Below the pieces are notes generated by a model. It did not search any database and had not been told where the DNA came from. It was given only the letters and a program-made list of their open reading frames with translations. Of a stretch of DNA of 64,000 nt, positions 8,150 to 17,671 are shown one piece after another. The translations under genes were made by a program, and so were the position numbers. The stretch lies in sequence record NC_031010.1; one strand, given 5' to 3'. Within the stretch, counting starts at the first letter, position 1; every line of letters starts with the position of its first letter.

Positions 8150-9721
8150 TTAGAACAAATCGTCGCCCATGCCACCGGTAAAGTGGTTGATTGAGGAGGC
8201 GGAGACTTTGTTTTCTTTATCTACATCCCAAGGAAGGATGCCTACGTCATGGAATGGCAACACACAGTAGTGATGCTTTTCATGGGTATCGATAATGGTG
8301 CGGTGTTTCCCTCGTTGCACCTCGAGGTAGCTGCGTCCGTTGACGACACGCTTGTTGAAGAACATTTCGCCGTCAGCCTCGTTATCAAGGCTGGTACAGT
8401 TGTCGTAGAGACCACGACCTGGAAGACTCTTACAGAATCCTACTGGGTCAAGCGCTTTCGCTTGTTTACCCGCTGGTGAAATTTGGTGCGGTGCTAATGC
8501 AAAGCCTTTCTGACGGATAACCATGATGTTACGCACGATACGGTAAATCTCTTTGATATCCGTACCGGCAATGCCGTTACCGTGGCCAGCTTTGTTAATC
8601 GTGCCGAAGTAATCGCCACGCAACCCAACGACATGGAACCCGCGTGTTTTCAGGTCCGAGATAATGTCATTGAGGTAATGAACTTTGAAGTCAGTGTTGG
8701 TGTGTTTCTGGAACACGTAATCCCAACCGTTCTGACGAATCTTGCCACACAGGTAATCAGACATGCCCTGCGTGTGGGCTTCTTTCTCGAGGTCTGTTGC
8801 AGTCTCTGGCATAATCAGCGACGGGGCAACACCTTCGTAGTGACCATACACTGCCTGATAACCGTAGGCAATGTTAACGTCGAGTTCGTTTTCAAACGAC
8901 AAGTCTAAGATAACCGGCGTTAATGTTCCCGGTACGTCAAGCATCACTGAACCCGGGTCATTGAAGATAGGGATAGACAGTGAGGTCAACAGACTGAACA
9001 GTGACTTACAGTTGAATGGCAGGGCCGGCTGTAACCACAGCTCTTCGGTAATCCCTTTGTTACAACCCAGCATGTTGTTGATATCTTGCCAACCGGTACG
9101 CAGACCGTTACCTGCTGCTTTGCGGTTAATGCTACCAAAAACTTTTACGAACGGTGCCGTGTTATTTGTGACGAGCTCATTGACTAAGCTTGGAATCTTA
9201 TTATGAGCGCGTTCACCGAACGCTGATAGCGAGTTCTTAAGTTCGCTCAGTGCTGTGGTGACATCAATACGGGTTTCTGTTCCATTAACAGCACCCCAAG
9301 CACGGCCCAGTTGTTGCTTGAGTGCAACACCTTGGATAACTTGACGCATCTGGAAGTAATAGGAGGCGACAAGCTTACGACGGTACTCTTGTAGCGCTTC
9401 TTCTTCGGCAGGCACGTCCTCACCTTCTTCTTTCAGGAAGTCGGTTATCGTATCGTATAGAGGACGCATTTGTGTTGTGGCCAGTCGAAGACGCTTCATG
9501 ACAACGTGGTGGTCGTATTCGACACCGCTGTCAATGATAGATGTGATGATATCCTTGATTTCGATTAGGGCAGACCTTTCGTCCCCCTCTTCGACATAGT
9601 CAGGTAACCTAGCTTCTAGCAGTATTCTTCTTATGACGTCGTGGTCAATGACCGGGTCGTTAAGAAGGCTCTCCGCATGTAGCGTCGCTAAGGCTGTTAT
9701 CAACATCATTTTACTATTCAT
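8150..9721 (-). CDS. DnaB-like replicative helicase (phiKZ-type)
   Basis: GLRTGWQDINNMLG, divergent P-loop ALPFNCKS, LSFEN, APHQIS and RGKHR motifs. Reverse orientation just upstream of the capsid gene matches phiKZ-like synteny. Confidence 0.85.
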   Translation of the reverse strand: MNSKMMLITALATLHAESLLNDPVIDHDVIRRILLEARLPDYVEEGDERSALIEIKDIITSIIDSGVEYDHHVVMKRLRLATTQMRPLYDTITDFLKEEGEDVPAEEEALQEYRRKLVASYYFQMRQVIQGVALKQQLGRAWGAVNGTETRIDVTTALSELKNSLSAFGERAHNKIPSLVNELVTNNTAPFVKVFGSINRKAAGNGLRTGWQDINNMLGCNKGITEELWLQPALPFNCKSLFSLLTSLSIPIFNDPGSVMLDVPGTLTPVILDLSFENELDVNIAYGYQAVYGHYEGVAPSLIMPETATDLEKEAHTQGMSDYLCGKIRQNGWDYVFQKHTNTDFKVHYLNDIISDLKTRGFHVVGLRGDYFGTINKAGHGNGIAGTDIKEIYRIVRNIMVIRQKGFALAPHQISPAGKQAKALDPVGFCKSLPGRGLYDNCTSLDNEADGEMFFNKRVVNGRSYLEVQRGKHRTIIDTHEKHHYCVLPFHDVGILPWDVDKENKVSASSINHFTGGMGDDLF

Positions 9722-9734
9722 GGAGCATCCTTCA

Positions 9735-10268
9735 ATGCGAATTCGTTTTTACCCATCGTGGGTGGATCAACCTAACATAGATAATGCGGCCGCCAGTAAA
9801 AAGTTAGAAGAGCTACAAGCGGAGTTCTTTAACTGGTTATATGACTGCCCGCAGGGGTTTAGTTCCAAGCTGTTACCGGAACAGTCTCCTGTCGCATTGT
9901 TTAAATCGTTTATGGCAGCAGACCCTGCTCCCATTAAATATTATGACCAAGTGCTTAACTTGGTTGAGAAAGGTACGGAAAGCTCGCTCGCCGATTTATA
10001 TGGGCTAACGAGTTCCGCTGAGTTACGCTGGGTCTTCTCCCAACGTAATGATATGATTGTCGCCACGTTGTCAGAAGCGAAACCCCACCACTCACATGTG
10101 AGTTTTTCGATTGACGACGACAAGGCAGCAAAGAAGACGTTCTGCGCAGAACTTTTTAAATATGTGCGTACCAAGACTCGCGTCGTGGATGATTCGTTCA
10201 GCACTTCAACGCAGTTTGCTACACATCAGGTGCTGACGCAAATTTACGCATGTCATTTATTCAACTAG
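9735..10268 (+). CDS. conserved protein upstream of the major capsid gene (177 aa)
   Basis: GGAG SD at 9722 with 9-nt spacing; syntenic position between helicase and capsid genes. Confidence 0.7.
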   Translation: MRIRFYPSWVDQPNIDNAAASKKLEELQAEFFNWLYDCPQGFSSKLLPEQSPVALFKSFMAADPAPIKYYDQVLNLVEKGTESSLADLYGLTSSAELRWVFSQRNDMIVATLSEAKPHHSHVSFSIDDDKAAKKTFCAELFKYVRTKTRVVDDSFSTSTQFATHQVLTQIYACHLFN

Positions 10269-10274
10269 AGAATT

Positions 10275-12587
10275 GTGAAGATGATTAAAGATACTCGAAT
10301 CACCCAGCTGGAGCAGCTTATCGACGCAGGCAATGCTCTGGTAATGTCGCACAAAGGCACTACTGCCGCCACTGACATGTGGAACCAGGTCGTTGCAGGC
10401 GAGTCAATCCGCCGTGCTAATAACGATGCTTTCACCGTTACCCGCGATTCTGCACAGGTTAAATATAACTCTGTTAGCGGCAAGAAAATGGGCTTCGCAG
10501 CTCAGGTTGCATCAAACATGATTCTGGCAGCGTCGTCTGACCCAGAAGAGTTTGCAACCAAAGTTGCTACCGAATCAAGCAATGCCAAATACAACAGCTA
10601 TATGGACGTTGCTTACCCGGGTAGCGCTGCTGGCGACGACTACGGCAAAAATCCATTCGTTGGTACCGAGTATTACACCAACAAAGATCTGGATAAAAAC
10701 CTCGGTCTGACCTGGACTCTGAACGTTCGTGCACTGGAAACCCAGTCCAAGTTCGCAGAAACCCTGTTCCCAACCATCACCGTTGAAAGCAACGATGTTG
10801 GTATCACCGTGCGTACTAAAGTAACCACGGTAACTCGCGGTGTTCTGAACGCCCTGCTGGCGAAAGACAGCGTGATCGATGACCGTCAGCCGCTGCATAA
10901 CGCTCTGTCTAACCACAAAGTGCTGCAGGATGACGCAATCCGTATCGTTCCTTACGTAATGGAAGATGGCTCTAACGCCGAATTCTTCGTACCGGAAGAT
11001 GTGATTGCCAACGAAACCGTTCGTCTGGGCCGCGTACCTGCGTACCCAACTAACTACCTGAGCTTCGACAAGCAACAGCTGAACCTGTTCCGCCTTGCCG
11101 CACACCCGGGTATCGTTGCTGAAGGCTACGACGAAACTGACGAAATCGCGCCGGGTGCTGCACTGGGCCAGATTCTGCTGTCAGTTCGTAAAGCTGGTGA
11201 AGATGTTAAAGACGGCTCACTGTTCAAACTGACCACGCGCGACATGCAGTTCGCCAGCTTCCAGCGTCCTGCTGAAGGTGAAGGTCGTGAACTGATCCTG
11301 AACTTCCGTCACACCCTGTTCGCAATGAACGGCGAAACTCTGGATTGGCAGGGCAAAGCAATGCCTGCGCTGGAATCGCTGAAGCAGAACGACTACACCC
11401 TGCGTTACGTTGTTAACGTCACCATGAGCCTGTTCACTAACGGACAGCGTTCTGGCTGGGTAGAAATCACTGGTAAAACGCTGCGCGTTGATTCTGTGGT
11501 TGATGGTACCGGCATGTCTCTGCCTATCGACAGCGGCTCTGTTAAAACCATCCTCGACAACATCAAAATCGATCTGGTCGGCTGGCGCTTCGATGGTACT
11601 CGTACCAACGAAAACCGGAGAACCCAGGGCTTGCTGCTGGACCCAGTTTGGGAACAGGAGAACTACAAGCTGCAGTACGGTTCACCAATCCTGACCAAAT
11701 CACCGGTCGGTGTTGAGTACGACGATGCTGAGCGTCTGGATGACCTCGTTTCTGCGGTAAACATCCGTAACGAAATGCTGGCCATCACCCAGACCCTGAA
11801 CTACACCGAAGCAGTTCGCGATGTGTTCAAAACCATGGTAACGCAGTGGGATAAACCTGCTATCCGTGGTCTGGGTCGTCACTGGGTTGGCGCATGGTAC
11901 AACGAAAGCGATTACGACGTCTCTAAAGTTATCCAGTCTCTGGATACTAAAGATGCGCTGATCAACGCCCGTCAGGGTCTGATGCAGCGTCTGGGTGACC
12001 AGGTGACCCGTGCGATTCAGGACAGCCGCTACATGCCGGCTCTGCGCCTGCTGACCGCTGATCCGAACGCCCTGCCGAAAGTCATCATCGCGACCGATGA
12101 ACCAACTGCAGCAATGATGCTGCTGAGCACCGGTGAAACCCGTCTGCTGGGCGACCGCTACGACTTCGAAGTTATCACCACCAACGATGACCGCTGGCGT
12201 GTGAAGAACCAAGAAGACGGCAGCTGGACTCGTCGTCTGCAGTGGATGCTGAAGGTTGCTAACGTTGAGGACGGTTCTTACTGCGTCCTGAACTGGGGTA
12301 ACCACTTCTGGTCACCAATCATGGTTACCAACATCAACATCCAGCGTAACGGTTCAACGTCTAAAGAACTGGCTGTGCAGCCGCGCAACGCGCACATCTG
12401 CCACTGCCCGATCACTGGCGTTATCTGGGTTAAAGGTATCACCAAATTCGTTGAAGAGCGTCTGGCGTACTTCGTCAACGTTATCGACGATGGCACCACC
12501 AACACCGGCGGCACTAACGCTGGTGATGTTGGCGCAGGTACCACTGTCCCAGCGACCGGCGGTAACACTGCTCCAGCCACTGTTTAA
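10275..12587 (+). CDS. major capsid protein precursor
   Basis: 770 aa with the strongest codon bias in the window; FAETLFPTI and LHNALSNHKVL motifs; propeptide with AGE/ATE/GTE protease-type sites; start may be 10281. Confidence 0.92.
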   Translation: MKMIKDTRITQLEQLIDAGNALVMSHKGTTAATDMWNQVVAGESIRRANNDAFTVTRDSAQVKYNSVSGKKMGFAAQVASNMILAASSDPEEFATKVATESSNAKYNSYMDVAYPGSAAGDDYGKNPFVGTEYYTNKDLDKNLGLTWTLNVRALETQSKFAETLFPTITVESNDVGITVRTKVTTVTRGVLNALLAKDSVIDDRQPLHNALSNHKVLQDDAIRIVPYVMEDGSNAEFFVPEDVIANETVRLGRVPAYPTNYLSFDKQQLNLFRLAAHPGIVAEGYDETDEIAPGAALGQILLSVRKAGEDVKDGSLFKLTTRDMQFASFQRPAEGEGRELILNFRHTLFAMNGETLDWQGKAMPALESLKQNDYTLRYVVNVTMSLFTNGQRSGWVEITGKTLRVDSVVDGTGMSLPIDSGSVKTILDNIKIDLVGWRFDGTRTNENRRTQGLLLDPVWEQENYKLQYGSPILTKSPVGVEYDDAERLDDLVSAVNIRNEMLAITQTLNYTEAVRDVFKTMVTQWDKPAIRGLGRHWVGAWYNESDYDVSKVIQSLDTKDALINARQGLMQRLGDQVTRAIQDSRYMPALRLLTADPNALPKVIIATDEPTAAMMLLSTGETRLLGDRYDFEVITTNDDRWRVKNQEDGSWTRRLQWMLKVANVEDGSYCVLNWGNHFWSPIMVTNINIQRNGSTSKELAVQPRNAHICHCPITGVIWVKGITKFVEERLAYFVNVIDDGTTNTGGTNAGDVGAGTTVPATGGNTAPATV

Positions 12588-12610
12588 TCAGTAGCTGAGT
12601 TGTGAAAGAG

Positions 12611-12658
12611 ACCTACCTCCTTCGGGAGGTAGGTTTATCTTTTTTATTTTATTTTTTT
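12611..12658 (+). terminator. intrinsic terminator
   Basis: ACCTACCTCC-TTCG-GGAGGTAGGT plus T tract. Confidence 0.9.
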
Positions 12659-12660
12659 AG

Positions 12661-12681
12661 AGATAGATATTATCAATGTGC
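12661..12681 (+). promoter_or_regulatory. early promoter motif
   Basis: AGATAGATATTATCAATGTGC. Confidence 0.7.
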
Positions 12682-12710
12682 ATACCTCACATTTTCTAAG
12701 GATCTATTTC

Positions 12711-13403
12711 ATGAAACACGAACGCCCTTATCTTCGTTTCCAACTTAACGATAAGATCGTCATCCGGCCACTGTGTGGCGGACGCGTATTCGAACTCGCT
12801 GGGAGTGTCGACCCCATCAACTATCTCGACCAAACAGAACGCAAGCACTGGAAGCCTGAAGTACGGTTGCGCTCGGTTGAAGTAGAGGCGCTAAAAGCAT
12901 GGCTCTCGCTATATACCCCGTACGAGAGTAAAACGCGCGGGCCAGATTCATTGACACTGTCAGGCGTTATCTTCGAAATAGATGGGGACAGTTATGAGCG
13001 CAAGTCGCTTAGTACCAATGCCATTGAAGCGATGGAGGCGCTTGGGTTCAATAACGATAACCCATTCGAGTACGTCCCCGGCCGGGGCTATTTCTACCAT
13101 CGCGATCTCGGAATAAAGATAATCAAATCCTCGGAAGGGGATGGGAGTTATCTGGTAGACAGTTTGCTGGACATAGAGCAGCGCTGGATTGGTGAAACAA
13201 CGCTTAGTCAGTCTCAGGCATACCTTCCGCTATCACATGCCGCTGTGACGCTTGCAGACCGCCTGATGGGCATCATTAGCATGCAGACTGCGCCCGACAA
13301 AGGTTACGACGTGGTTTTACGCAACGGCATCGGTGAACTGAGCCTGCTCCAAAGCACTGACCGTTTGGCCCTGTCCCAAATCTTAGAAGACTTAATTCGA
13401 TAA
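12711..13403 (+). CDS. hypothetical protein, paralog triplet member 1
   Basis: TAAGGA SD; C-terminal LADRLMGII...YDVVLR motif. Confidence 0.7.
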   Translation: MKHERPYLRFQLNDKIVIRPLCGGRVFELAGSVDPINYLDQTERKHWKPEVRLRSVEVEALKAWLSLYTPYESKTRGPDSLTLSGVIFEIDGDSYERKSLSTNAIEAMEALGFNNDNPFEYVPGRGYFYHRDLGIKIIKSSEGDGSYLVDSLLDIEQRWIGETTLSQSQAYLPLSHAAVTLADRLMGIISMQTAPDKGYDVVLRNGIGELSLLQSTDRLALSQILEDLIR

Positions 13404-13414
13404 GGAGTAATTAA

Positions 13415-14074
13415 ATGAAAGAGCTAATTGAAATTAACGCACACCACATTCGCGAGATTGGCTACGACCGCGTTAAACAGGAACACTTCATCGATGCCGC
13501 GGTTATGCACGGTAACCGGCCCGGGGTACACCGTTCTGTCATTAGCGAACAAGAATACATCGCCTTGTGCGGCTGGATACAGATATCAACGACCGTGGAA
13601 CCGAACACTACCGTGCGTGGATTCACTGTGACCGGCATCCTGCTTAAGTCCGTACGGATACGCACTTTGGACGGGGTTAACGATTCCTCCCGCATGCGGG
13701 AGGCTGTCACTGACACCTTTGTCCAGCAGGATCGGTGGGAGCGCATCAAAATCACCCGCGAAGGTGAAGAAGACCAGCTGTTTTGGGAGTCCCGCAATGC
13801 CGGCTTCGGCTTTAAGAAACACGGCGAGTTGTTCATCTATTACACGCTGGAACGCGTTGCGGCTTGTCCACAGGTTGACACGGGCCATTTGCCTGACGTG
13901 GCAGAGAAGCTCGTTGACATCGCACAATCGTCATTGTTCCCACGGGTGGACTACGAGTTGCAGTTACGCTGGCGTAACGGACAGACCGGTATTGATGCTG
14001 GCTATGCCACGGTTGCCCGTATTGATAAGAATGCCATTCTGGCGATGGGCCGTTTATTAGGAGGTAAGAAATGA
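13415..14074 (+). CDS. hypothetical protein, paralog triplet member 2
   Basis: TAAGGAGTAAT SD; VAEKLVDIAQS...YELQLR. Confidence 0.7.
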   Translation: MKELIEINAHHIREIGYDRVKQEHFIDAAVMHGNRPGVHRSVISEQEYIALCGWIQISTTVEPNTTVRGFTVTGILLKSVRIRTLDGVNDSSRMREAVTDTFVQQDRWERIKITREGEEDQLFWESRNAGFGFKKHGELFIYYTLERVAACPQVDTGHLPDVAEKLVDIAQSSLFPRVDYELQLRWRNGQTGIDAGYATVARIDKNAILAMGRLLGGKK

Positions 14075-14715
14075 GAAAGATAGCACTCTCAGAGATTGAC
14101 AGTTTCGGTAGAAGTGAACAACGGATGTCCTACTGCATCTTTCTTAAATCGAAAGGGCCGGACAGTGTGAACGGTAACAATGAGTTCATCGAAGTCACAC
14201 CGGCTCAAGCCGATGCTCTGCACACCTTCCTAAAGGCTATGAACAATCCGGATGTCATTGTCAAGTTCCCCGAGTGGCGTACCCTTACCCTCGGCGATAT
14301 CCAGATCAGTGCAGTGGGCGATCGCCACCCGATGGTGCAAGTAATGAAGGAGCAGCACATCACCGTGGAGCACTATCGTCAATGGGCAAAGGAGATTATC
14401 CACCGCTCGATGAATATCAGCTTCATGGAAGTCATCCGTTTGCCGAATGCTGGCTTTTTATCGGTAACCGGCGACTGGGCACTGTATCCTCGCGCCAACG
14501 ACTTCGTACTCGCCTACCTGCGACCTGAGATGTCAGATGCTGTACCGCCTACTAACGTTGTGGCGTTGGGTGAAAGACTGCGGAAGATCGCTAAATCTGA
14601 GCTGGTAAAAGATGGGGAGCTCGTCCTCAAGAGTGATGGATTCCATTGCGATCTGGGCCCCATTACCAACGCCGAACTTATCTACATTGCAGAAAGCATT
14701 CTCCCGCGAACGTAG
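14071..14715 (+). CDS. hypothetical protein, paralog triplet member 3
   Basis: ATGA overlap; LGERLRKIAKS...GELVLK. Confidence 0.7.
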   Translation: MRKIALSEIDSFGRSEQRMSYCIFLKSKGPDSVNGNNEFIEVTPAQADALHTFLKAMNNPDVIVKFPEWRTLTLGDIQISAVGDRHPMVQVMKEQHITVEHYRQWAKEIIHRSMNISFMEVIRLPNAGFLSVTGDWALYPRANDFVLAYLRPEMSDAVPPTNVVALGERLRKIAKSELVKDGELVLKSDGFHCDLGPITNAELIYIAESILPRT

Positions 14716-14719
14716 ATTT

Positions 14720-14758
14720 ACCCCCTAACCCTTGCGGTTAGGGGTTCTTCTCTTTTTT
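14720..14758 (+). terminator. intrinsic terminator
   Basis: CCCCTAACC/GGTTAGGGG stem plus T tract. Confidence 0.8.
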
Positions 14759-14780
14759 ACATCAGCCGCACACTGTATGT
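14753..14780 (+). promoter_or_regulatory. putative middle/late promoter TAC-N15-TATGT
   Basis: TAC ends at 14760, TATGT starts at 14776. Confidence 0.55.
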
Positions 14781-14803
14781 GCGCTCACGTTGTAAAGAAA
14801 ATG

Positions 14804-14824
14804 AGATAGATGTTATCTAGGTGA
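14804..14824 (+). promoter_or_regulatory. early promoter motif
   Basis: AGATAGATGTTATCTAGGTGA. Confidence 0.7.
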
Positions 14825-14853
14825 TACTGTTGCACTATTTAACTGGATAGCCG

Positions 14854-15858
14854 ATGAATCGAATCGATTTAGACGTAGAGCCGAGCGTCGTGCCGACCCC
14901 TGTCAACGTCGGGGGCTTAGTGAAGTCCATGACCGTCATTAACAACACAGGCTTACCCATCTTCATGACTGACCCCACAGGCAGTCACGTGGTGATACAT
15001 CCGAATCATGATGTCATCTCAATGGATTCCGTTGTGGTGTATGTCACGCATCGGGTGAGGAATGGGGGTGGTAACTTATCGGGTTTGCTCGATGATGTGC
15101 CACCAAAGCTTGCGGCGCAAATGGTTGAGGATTTCAAACGTCGGGGCGAGTGTACTGTAATGTACACCATTGGTGAGATTGATGCACTGCTGCGGGGTGA
15201 GTTGTTGCTGATAAAGAAACTCGGTGTGGGTTTCTCTATCAAACCTGTGGATGTCGATAAGACACCAGTGCGAACATCAATGCGAAACAAAGCAAGTTTG
15301 GTGTTGGGGGTAGTGGTGGTACAAAAGCATGGCGATCCGAGAATCATTCGGCACGTGCGGTACTACACCACTGTCATCGCCGTTGAACCTATGCGCTCAC
15401 GCTTCTTTGAAGAGGGCGTGTATCTGACCATCTCAGGTGGGGAATGTGTCGAAGAAGGCAGCATGCTACGCTTTGGGTTTGATGAGGCCATCTCACCGTT
15501 TCGGTGTTTTGAGACTCGTGAAGAAGCCAAGGCCTTCCGTTGGGAAGATGCACTGCCGGATATCCGTGATGCGAAGCGACAGCTGGAAACTCAGTTGTTG
15601 GAAAGTCAATCGCAGATGGATGAACGTAAACAAGCCATGGAGCTTGAACACAAAACCCGCATGAATGATCTCGCTATCGAAAAAGAGAGGGTGGCTGCGT
15701 ACTATCGCGACCGAGAACTAGAAACCAAACAGAAACAAGAAGAGCGCAAAGACCATTACGAGAGCAGGTCCCTAGTTCGCAAGGACGGCTCCGAAACTTT
15801 GAAAATGATACCAGCATTCCTTGCCGCCGGGCTTACGGTAGTGGGGTTGCTATTATAG
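14854..15858 (+). CDS. conserved protein with C-terminal coiled coil and hydrophobic tail (334 aa)
   Basis: Charged heptad region followed by MIPAFLAAGLTVVGLLL at the C-terminus; precedes the RNAP subunit. Confidence 0.75.
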   Translation: MNRIDLDVEPSVVPTPVNVGGLVKSMTVINNTGLPIFMTDPTGSHVVIHPNHDVISMDSVVVYVTHRVRNGGGNLSGLLDDVPPKLAAQMVEDFKRRGECTVMYTIGEIDALLRGELLLIKKLGVGFSIKPVDVDKTPVRTSMRNKASLVLGVVVVQKHGDPRIIRHVRYYTTVIAVEPMRSRFFEEGVYLTISGGECVEEGSMLRFGFDEAISPFRCFETREEAKAFRWEDALPDIRDAKRQLETQLLESQSQMDERKQAMELEHKTRMNDLAIEKERVAAYYRDRELETKQKQEERKDHYESRSLVRKDGSETLKMIPAFLAAGLTVVGLLL

Positions 15859-15869
15859 CGAGGTGACGC

Positions 15870-17639
15870 GTGTTTAAAGATGCCATACGACGACTTCAGG
15901 AGGATAAACGCATTGCTACGTTTAACCGTGCAGTTGCAGAAGGTGTAGGTTACACCCAAGCAAAGGACGGGATACACGAGCGTGTCAACACAATCCTTCG
16001 ACGGGAACTAACCTACGACCGGGATAATAACCCACGTCTGCCAGAAGGGTTAGGTTATGTTGGCTATCGCTTTATGTCGCCTTTTGAATCATTCATCTTT
16101 AAAATCAGTCGACAAGACAGCCGCAGTGGCCGTGGTAAAGCACCGATTACAATTGCTGAAACCGATACGTACATGATTGGCGCTCGCTTCCGTATTCCGG
16201 GAGAAAGTAAAGTCTTGACTCGTCCGATGTATCTGCCGTTTATCCGTCGCGGTGGGTTGATGAATTACTGGGGCACAAGCTACCATGTTGCACCGGTTAT
16301 CCACCAACCCGGGATCTGCCAAGAGCATAACGGCCTGTTTGTAAACTTCGACTTCACCCGCAAGGTGTCCCTGAAGTTTGGCAAGCACCCTGTGAAGATA
16401 CTGGTGAATGGTCGCAAGGAAGAGTTGTACATTCCGGGCACATCGAACCTGTATACACCGAAGAACCCAACCGGACACGACGCGGATGAAAAGCCGTTGG
16501 TGTACTGGCTGTTCGGTAAGTACGGTTTCACCGATGCTATCAAACGTTATACCGGCGTGGATGTGAAAATCATCCCAGCTTATACCATCCCGGAAGTGGA
16601 CTTAGAAGAGAACGTCATTATCTCTTCGGGTGCTGACCCGCGTGTGTCTCGTACGATTCAATACGCGCTTCAGTTGCCAGTGTCTGCTTTCCCGAACATG
16701 GATAAGCCACGTTGGGAGCAAGACGAGCACACCTTGCTGGTGATGTGTGGTGCTTTCTTTAAAGCAGCGCACTATTACGCCAGTAAGCAGAACAGTCGCA
16801 GTGGCTTGAGCCAACTGACCCCACTGTTCACCAAGCTCGATGAATTCTCGCAAGAAGAGGATGTGGCGAACCTGAACTCACCCGGCGTCTGGAAAGAAGT
16901 CTTGGGTCGCAGTATCATGGGAACCAAAACCTCGGATGTGGAATTGCATCGCAGTATGGCGACACACTTCGGTGAGTGTCCGCGTTACTTAAGCGACACG
17001 TTCCGCGGTGAGTTGATGGTGTCAGACCCGGATATCGATCCGGACATGGATACCTTCGACTTCTTAATGTACGCCACCAAGCTCATGATTCGTACCCGCC
17101 TGACTCGCCAAGACGACATCCCGTCGATGTTTGGCAAGCGTCTGACGGTGGTGGATTATCTGTTGCTTGGCACGCAGGGCTTTACCAGTACGGTATCCCG
17201 TATTCGTTGGAAGCTGGAAGGCTTGGATGATAAGTCATCGGAGAGTTGCGGCACCACGGTGAAAGGACACCTGAACAAAGACATCAACCACAATCTCGTT
17301 ACGCGCAGTATCACCAGTAACGGGGCCATCAGTTTCTTCAACGCGTCTACCGAATCCATGGTGCTGGCTGTGTCAACGCATGCCATCAGCCAGACGGAAA
17401 CGGATAACAAGAAGAAGAAAGGTGGTAAGACAGTTAACCTGAACGACCGTACTAAACACGCCAGTGCTTCCCATGCGGTGTGTGGTAACATCTACTACAT
17501 TCCGAAGTCAAGCCCGTACAAATACGGTATCCTCAACCAGTACATGCAGACATCACGTAATCTCGTGATGGGCTACAACCCGAAACTCGAAACTGTTGTC
17601 CGTGAAACACAGGACGATATCTCGAAGATCGGTCGATAA
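15870..17639 (+). CDS. non-virion RNA polymerase beta subunit, N-terminal part (phiKZ gp123-like)
   Basis: YLPFIRRGGLMNYWGTSYHVAPV and DDIPSMFGKRLTVVDYLL align with RpoB motifs IPLMT..GTFIINGTERV and DDIDHLGNRRIRSVGEML; synteny after the capsid gene. Confidence 0.85.
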   Translation: MFKDAIRRLQEDKRIATFNRAVAEGVGYTQAKDGIHERVNTILRRELTYDRDNNPRLPEGLGYVGYRFMSPFESFIFKISRQDSRSGRGKAPITIAETDTYMIGARFRIPGESKVLTRPMYLPFIRRGGLMNYWGTSYHVAPVIHQPGICQEHNGLFVNFDFTRKVSLKFGKHPVKILVNGRKEELYIPGTSNLYTPKNPTGHDADEKPLVYWLFGKYGFTDAIKRYTGVDVKIIPAYTIPEVDLEENVIISSGADPRVSRTIQYALQLPVSAFPNMDKPRWEQDEHTLLVMCGAFFKAAHYYASKQNSRSGLSQLTPLFTKLDEFSQEEDVANLNSPGVWKEVLGRSIMGTKTSDVELHRSMATHFGECPRYLSDTFRGELMVSDPDIDPDMDTFDFLMYATKLMIRTRLTRQDDIPSMFGKRLTVVDYLLLGTQGFTSTVSRIRWKLEGLDDKSSESCGTTVKGHLNKDINHNLVTRSITSNGAISFFNASTESMVLAVSTHAISQTETDNKKKKGGKTVNLNDRTKHASASHAVCGNIYYIPKSSPYKYGILNQYMQTSRNLVMGYNPKLETVVRETQDDISKIGR

Positions 17640-17671
17640 CAAAATCCAATTTAAACTGCAAGGAGTAACAG

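Noticed and set aside
10575-12305. Long minus-strand ORFs opposite the capsid gene (10575-11105, 11700-12305)
   Set aside because: Antisense shadows of strong codon bias; no SD and no recognisable motifs.
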